The notes under the pieces are model-generated. The model had not been told where the DNA came from. It did not search any database and worked only from the letters and a program-made list of their open reading frames with translations. Made by a program: the position numbers and the translations under genes. A stretch of 51,050 bases of DNA from Anaerolineae bacterium. GTDB taxonomy: Bacteria > Chloroflexota > JAHJIN01. The stretch covers positions 1 through 51,050 of the forward strand of contig DAOTYG010000346.1 in the NCBI GenBank assembly GCA_034435155.1, read 5' to 3'. Below are positions 48,189 to 51,050 of the stretch, piece by piece. Position 1 is the first letter of the stretch; the number at the start of each line of letters is the position of its first letter.

Positions 48189-48876
48189 GACAGTCGTTGC
48201 CTGCCCCGGCGGTAACGTCGGGGGCAATACCTGGCTGTATGCGGGAATACCCTTAGAGCCCGTCCTACTCGGGAGATGATCTCCCAGTAAAAATGGCCGG
48301 GATTGGGCAATCCGCAGGAAACCCTTTGGAAGGGGATCCTCAGAGACTACACGCCAGGCGTCCAGTGTGGAGGTATCTATGGACCTCTCCCCCGACTGGG
48401 TAGTCGGGTTCGTGGATGGGGAGGGATGCTTCTACGTGGGCATCAATCCCCACCGCGAAATGACGGTAGGATACCAGGTTTTGCCCGAGTTCCGTGTGGT
48501 CCAGCATGAGAGTGATGTCCAGGTGCTTTACGCCCTGAAGAGATTCTTTCGATGTGGCGTTGTCCGTCGCAATCGAGAGGATCGTTACGAACTGAGAATC
48601 CGCAAACTATCTTGTCTGCAAGAGGTGGTAGAGTTTTTCGAGCACCATCCCTTGAAGACGAAGAAGAATGTGGATTTCAAAAAGTTCGCCCGGATTGTGA
48701 GATGGATGAGCGAAAAACAGCATCTCACGCCGGAGGGGTTGATCAAAATCGCTGAAACATCACTTTCAATGAATCACGCGGACAAGGTCAAGACCCAGGA
48801 AATCCTGCAGCTGCTGAAACAGCAGTATGGACGAAGAGATAGTCCACCCCAGGCAGAAATGTCTGGATGATAGGTG
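48189..48876 (+). ncRNA. Group I intron at 23S position 1931 (688 nt)
   Basis: Exons CCTAAGGT^AGCGAAAT; P1 AGGT/GCCT; P10 TCGTT/AGCGA; core ATGCGGGAA, AATCCGCAGG, TCAGAGACTAC, GATAGTCC; terminal G. Confidence 0.93.
48379..48870 (+). CDS. Single-motif LAGLIDADG homing endonuclease (L1931 intron)
   Basis: WVVGFVDGEGCF, FRVVQH, L.TKK..DF.KF, HLT.EG; SD ggaggt. Confidence 0.95.
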   Translation: MDLSPDWVVGFVDGEGCFYVGINPHREMTVGYQVLPEFRVVQHESDVQVLYALKRFFRCGVVRRNREDRYELRIRKLSCLQEVVEFFEHHPLKTKKNVDFKKFARIVRWMSEKQHLTPEGLIKIAETSLSMNHADKVKTQEILQLLKQQYGRRDSPPQAEMSG

Positions 48877-48896
48877 AGCGAAATTCCTTGTCGGGT

Positions 48897-49589
48897 AAGT
48901 GTAAACGAGCCCGTATCGGCTAATAACGGTGAAGCCCTACCTCGTTGCGGTGCACAAGGACACCGTGCCAAAGAGAGGGTGATACCGTGGGAAGTCGTCC
49001 GCAAGGATTGACCCCGTAACGACTGAGGCGCAAGCCGAGGTGGTGTCTCCTGCCCCAGCGGGCAAATCTATGAGCGCCACAACACGCCGATATCTCTCCC
49101 GAGGAGTGAAGCCCATGGATATCAAGTCCTATCTAACCGGGTATGCCGATGGTGAGGGATGCTTCTGCGTCTCCATTAACAGAAGCCGCAGGCACGCTTT
49201 TGGCTGGGAGATAAGGCCAAGTTTTTCCATCAGCCAAAACCGTGACCGCGCAGAGGTATTGGAGATATACCAACGTCAGTTTGGTTGTGGGAGCATCCGC
49301 CCGGACAGATCGGACAAGACGCTCAAGTATGAGGTTCGGAGCGTGAGGGAGCTAGTGCAGCGGGTAATACCTCATTTCGAGGAGACTCCTCTACTGTCCG
49401 GGAAGCGTCATGACTTTGAGAGGTTTGCTGTTATCTGTAGGATGATGTATGAGAGGCAGCACCTCACGAGGGATGGTTTCGACCGGATTGTGGACCTGGC
49501 TTTTGAGATGAATCCATCGGGTAATAGAAAGTATGCCAGGAGAGAGATAAAGATATAGTCTGTGCCCCTGGTAACAGGGGGAGCACACG
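48897..49589 (+). ncRNA. Group I intron at 23S position 1951 (693 nt)
   Basis: Exons TGTCGGGT^AAGTTCCGAC; P1 CGGGT/GCCCG; core AACGACTGA and AAGATATAGTCT; terminal G. Confidence 0.9.
49115..49558 (+). CDS. Single-motif LAGLIDADG homing endonuclease (L1951 intron)
   Basis: [35 protein letters not shown]; SD gaggag. Confidence 0.95.
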   Translation: MDIKSYLTGYADGEGCFCVSINRSRRHAFGWEIRPSFSISQNRDRAEVLEIYQRQFGCGSIRPDRSDKTLKYEVRSVRELVQRVIPHFEETPLLSGKRHDFERFAVICRMMYERQHLTRDGFDRIVDLAFEMNPSGNRKYARREIKI

Positions 49590-49686
49590 AAGTTCCGACC
49601 CGCACGAACGGCGTAACGATCCGAGCACTGTCTCGACGAGGGACCCGGCGAAATTGAAGTACCCGTGAAGATGCGGGTTACCCACG

Positions 49687-49717
<31 letters not shown>

Positions 49718-49923
49718 ACAGCTTGGCATTGAGTTGGAATCTGGCTTGTGTAGGATAGGTGGGAGACTGGGAAGCTGGGGCGCCAGCCTCGGTGGAGTCG
49801 GCGTTGAAATACCACTCTGGTCAGATTTTGACCCTAACCGGCGACCGTGAATCCGGCGCTGGGACAGTGCCTGGTGGGTAGTTTGACTGGGGCGGTCGCC
49901 TCCCAAAAGGTAACGGAGGCGCC

Positions 49924-49954
<31 letters not shown>

Positions 49955-49998
49955 CCAGAGAGTGTAAAGGCACAAGGGAGCTTGACTGCGAGACCCAC

Positions 49999-50034
<36 letters not shown>

Positions 50035-50063
50035 TACGGTCCCGTGTGGAAGGGCCGTGGCTT

Positions 50064-50096
<33 letters not shown>

Positions 50097-50126
50097 TATC
50101 TTGCCCAAGAGTTCACATCGACGGCA

Positions 50127-50168
<42 letters not shown>

Positions 50169-50172
50169 GAGT

Positions 50173-50258
<86 letters not shown>

Positions 50259-50374
50259 CGTGGGCGCAGGGGACTTGAGGGGAGTTGTCCACAGTACGAG
50301 AGGACCTGGATGAACAGACCTCTAGTGTGCCAGTTGTACCGCCAGGTGCATTGCTGGGTAGCTACGTCTGGAAG

Positions 50375-50407
<33 letters not shown>

Positions 50408-50591
50408 CCCCCCAAGATGAGGTCCCCCACCGGGTTAACCGGGTAAGACCGCAGGAAGAAGACCTGCTTGATAGGCGGCCAGTGTAAGCGCAGCAATGCG
50501 TTCAGCTTAGCCGTACTAATGGTCGAGGGCTTGTTCACGTTGAGCCAGCGACATTGAAGCTATGCACTCTATTCGACTGTCATAACAACCT

Positions 50592-50708
50592 TCTCCGTGA
50601 CTTTAGCGAAGGGGATCACCCAGTTCCATCCCGAACCTGGTCGTTAAGCCCTTCAGCGCCGACGATACTGGGGGGGCAGCCCCTTGGGAAAATAGGTCGT
50701 TGCGGAGA
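50592..50708 (+). rRNA. rrf: 5S rRNA
   Basis: CCATCCCGAAC, GTTAAGC, AGCGCCGACGATAC, ATAGGTCG; terminal stem TCTCCG/CGGAGA. Confidence 0.95.
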
Positions 50709-50748
50709 AGGTTGTTGTGTTATTGCTCTGCTTGAGAGGAGGGCAACC

Positions 50749-51050
50749 ATGTCCCGCTTCCGTATGTGGCTCATTGGCGGCGTTGGCTTGCTGGCGCTGC
50801 TGGTCCTGGTGGTGGTCCTGGCCGGGCTATTTGGTGGGTTGGCCGGCCCGGCGCCTGCTCAGACTATCACGTCCACCCGTTTGGCTGGGGCCGCCACCGC
50901 CACCCCACCGCCCTACCCGCCGCCACGGACCCCGCCTCTGGTGCCTACGGCGATACCACCATCGGCAACCGCTACCCCGGTCCCGCAGGTGACGGTGGTG
51001 CCTGGGCCGCTGCCGCCGGGCCTGAAGATCGTCTGCGCGGAAGAATGGGT
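50749..51050 (+). CDS. Membrane-anchored Pro/Thr-rich protein (3' end outside window)
   Basis: SD gaggaggg; MSRFRMWLIGGVGLLALLVLVVV TM, then ATATP-type linker. Confidence 0.7.
   Translation, partial: MSRFRMWLIGGVGLLALLVLVVVLAGLFGGLAGPAPAQTITSTRLAGAATATPPPYPPPRTPPLVPTAIPPSATATPVPQVTVVPGPLPPGLKIVCAEEW

Overview
High-GC chromosomal segment, most likely from a Chloroflexota (Anaerolineae-like) bacterium; this is inferred from 16S character and gene repertoire. Bases 1-41.1 kb are mostly housekeeping and envelope genes: B12 radical SAM, Uma2, GT2, flippase-like protein, truncated birA, DHH-CBS tRNA nucleotidyltransferase, polyprenyl synthase, an OmpR/HK pair, tRNA-Sec, folE, cutA, lspA, rluD, argS, clpC, rpsA, dnaE, two Wzz-like proteins plus a BY-kinase, menG/ubiE, tRNA-Arg(UCG), fbaB, pcm and a spermidine-synthase-like membrane protein. 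The intergenic space is crowded with at least two MITE families that show target-site duplications, several REP-like palindromes and 7/8-mer tandem hairpins. Bases 41.4-50.7 kb hold one complete but heavily invaded rRNA operon. Its ITS carries two AT-rich protein genes after tRNA-Ala (a secreted 12-Cys peptide and a lipoprotein with a CExxH gluzincin-like motif), followed by a separate sigma70 promoter and boxA for 23S-5S. The 23S has a tandem-repeat hairpin expansion in helix 45 and three group I introns at E. coli positions 1917, 1931 and 1951. Each intron encodes a LAGLIDADG homing endonuclease, and they are separated by exons of only 14 and 20 nt. All family assignments come from motif recognition; no database searches were run.
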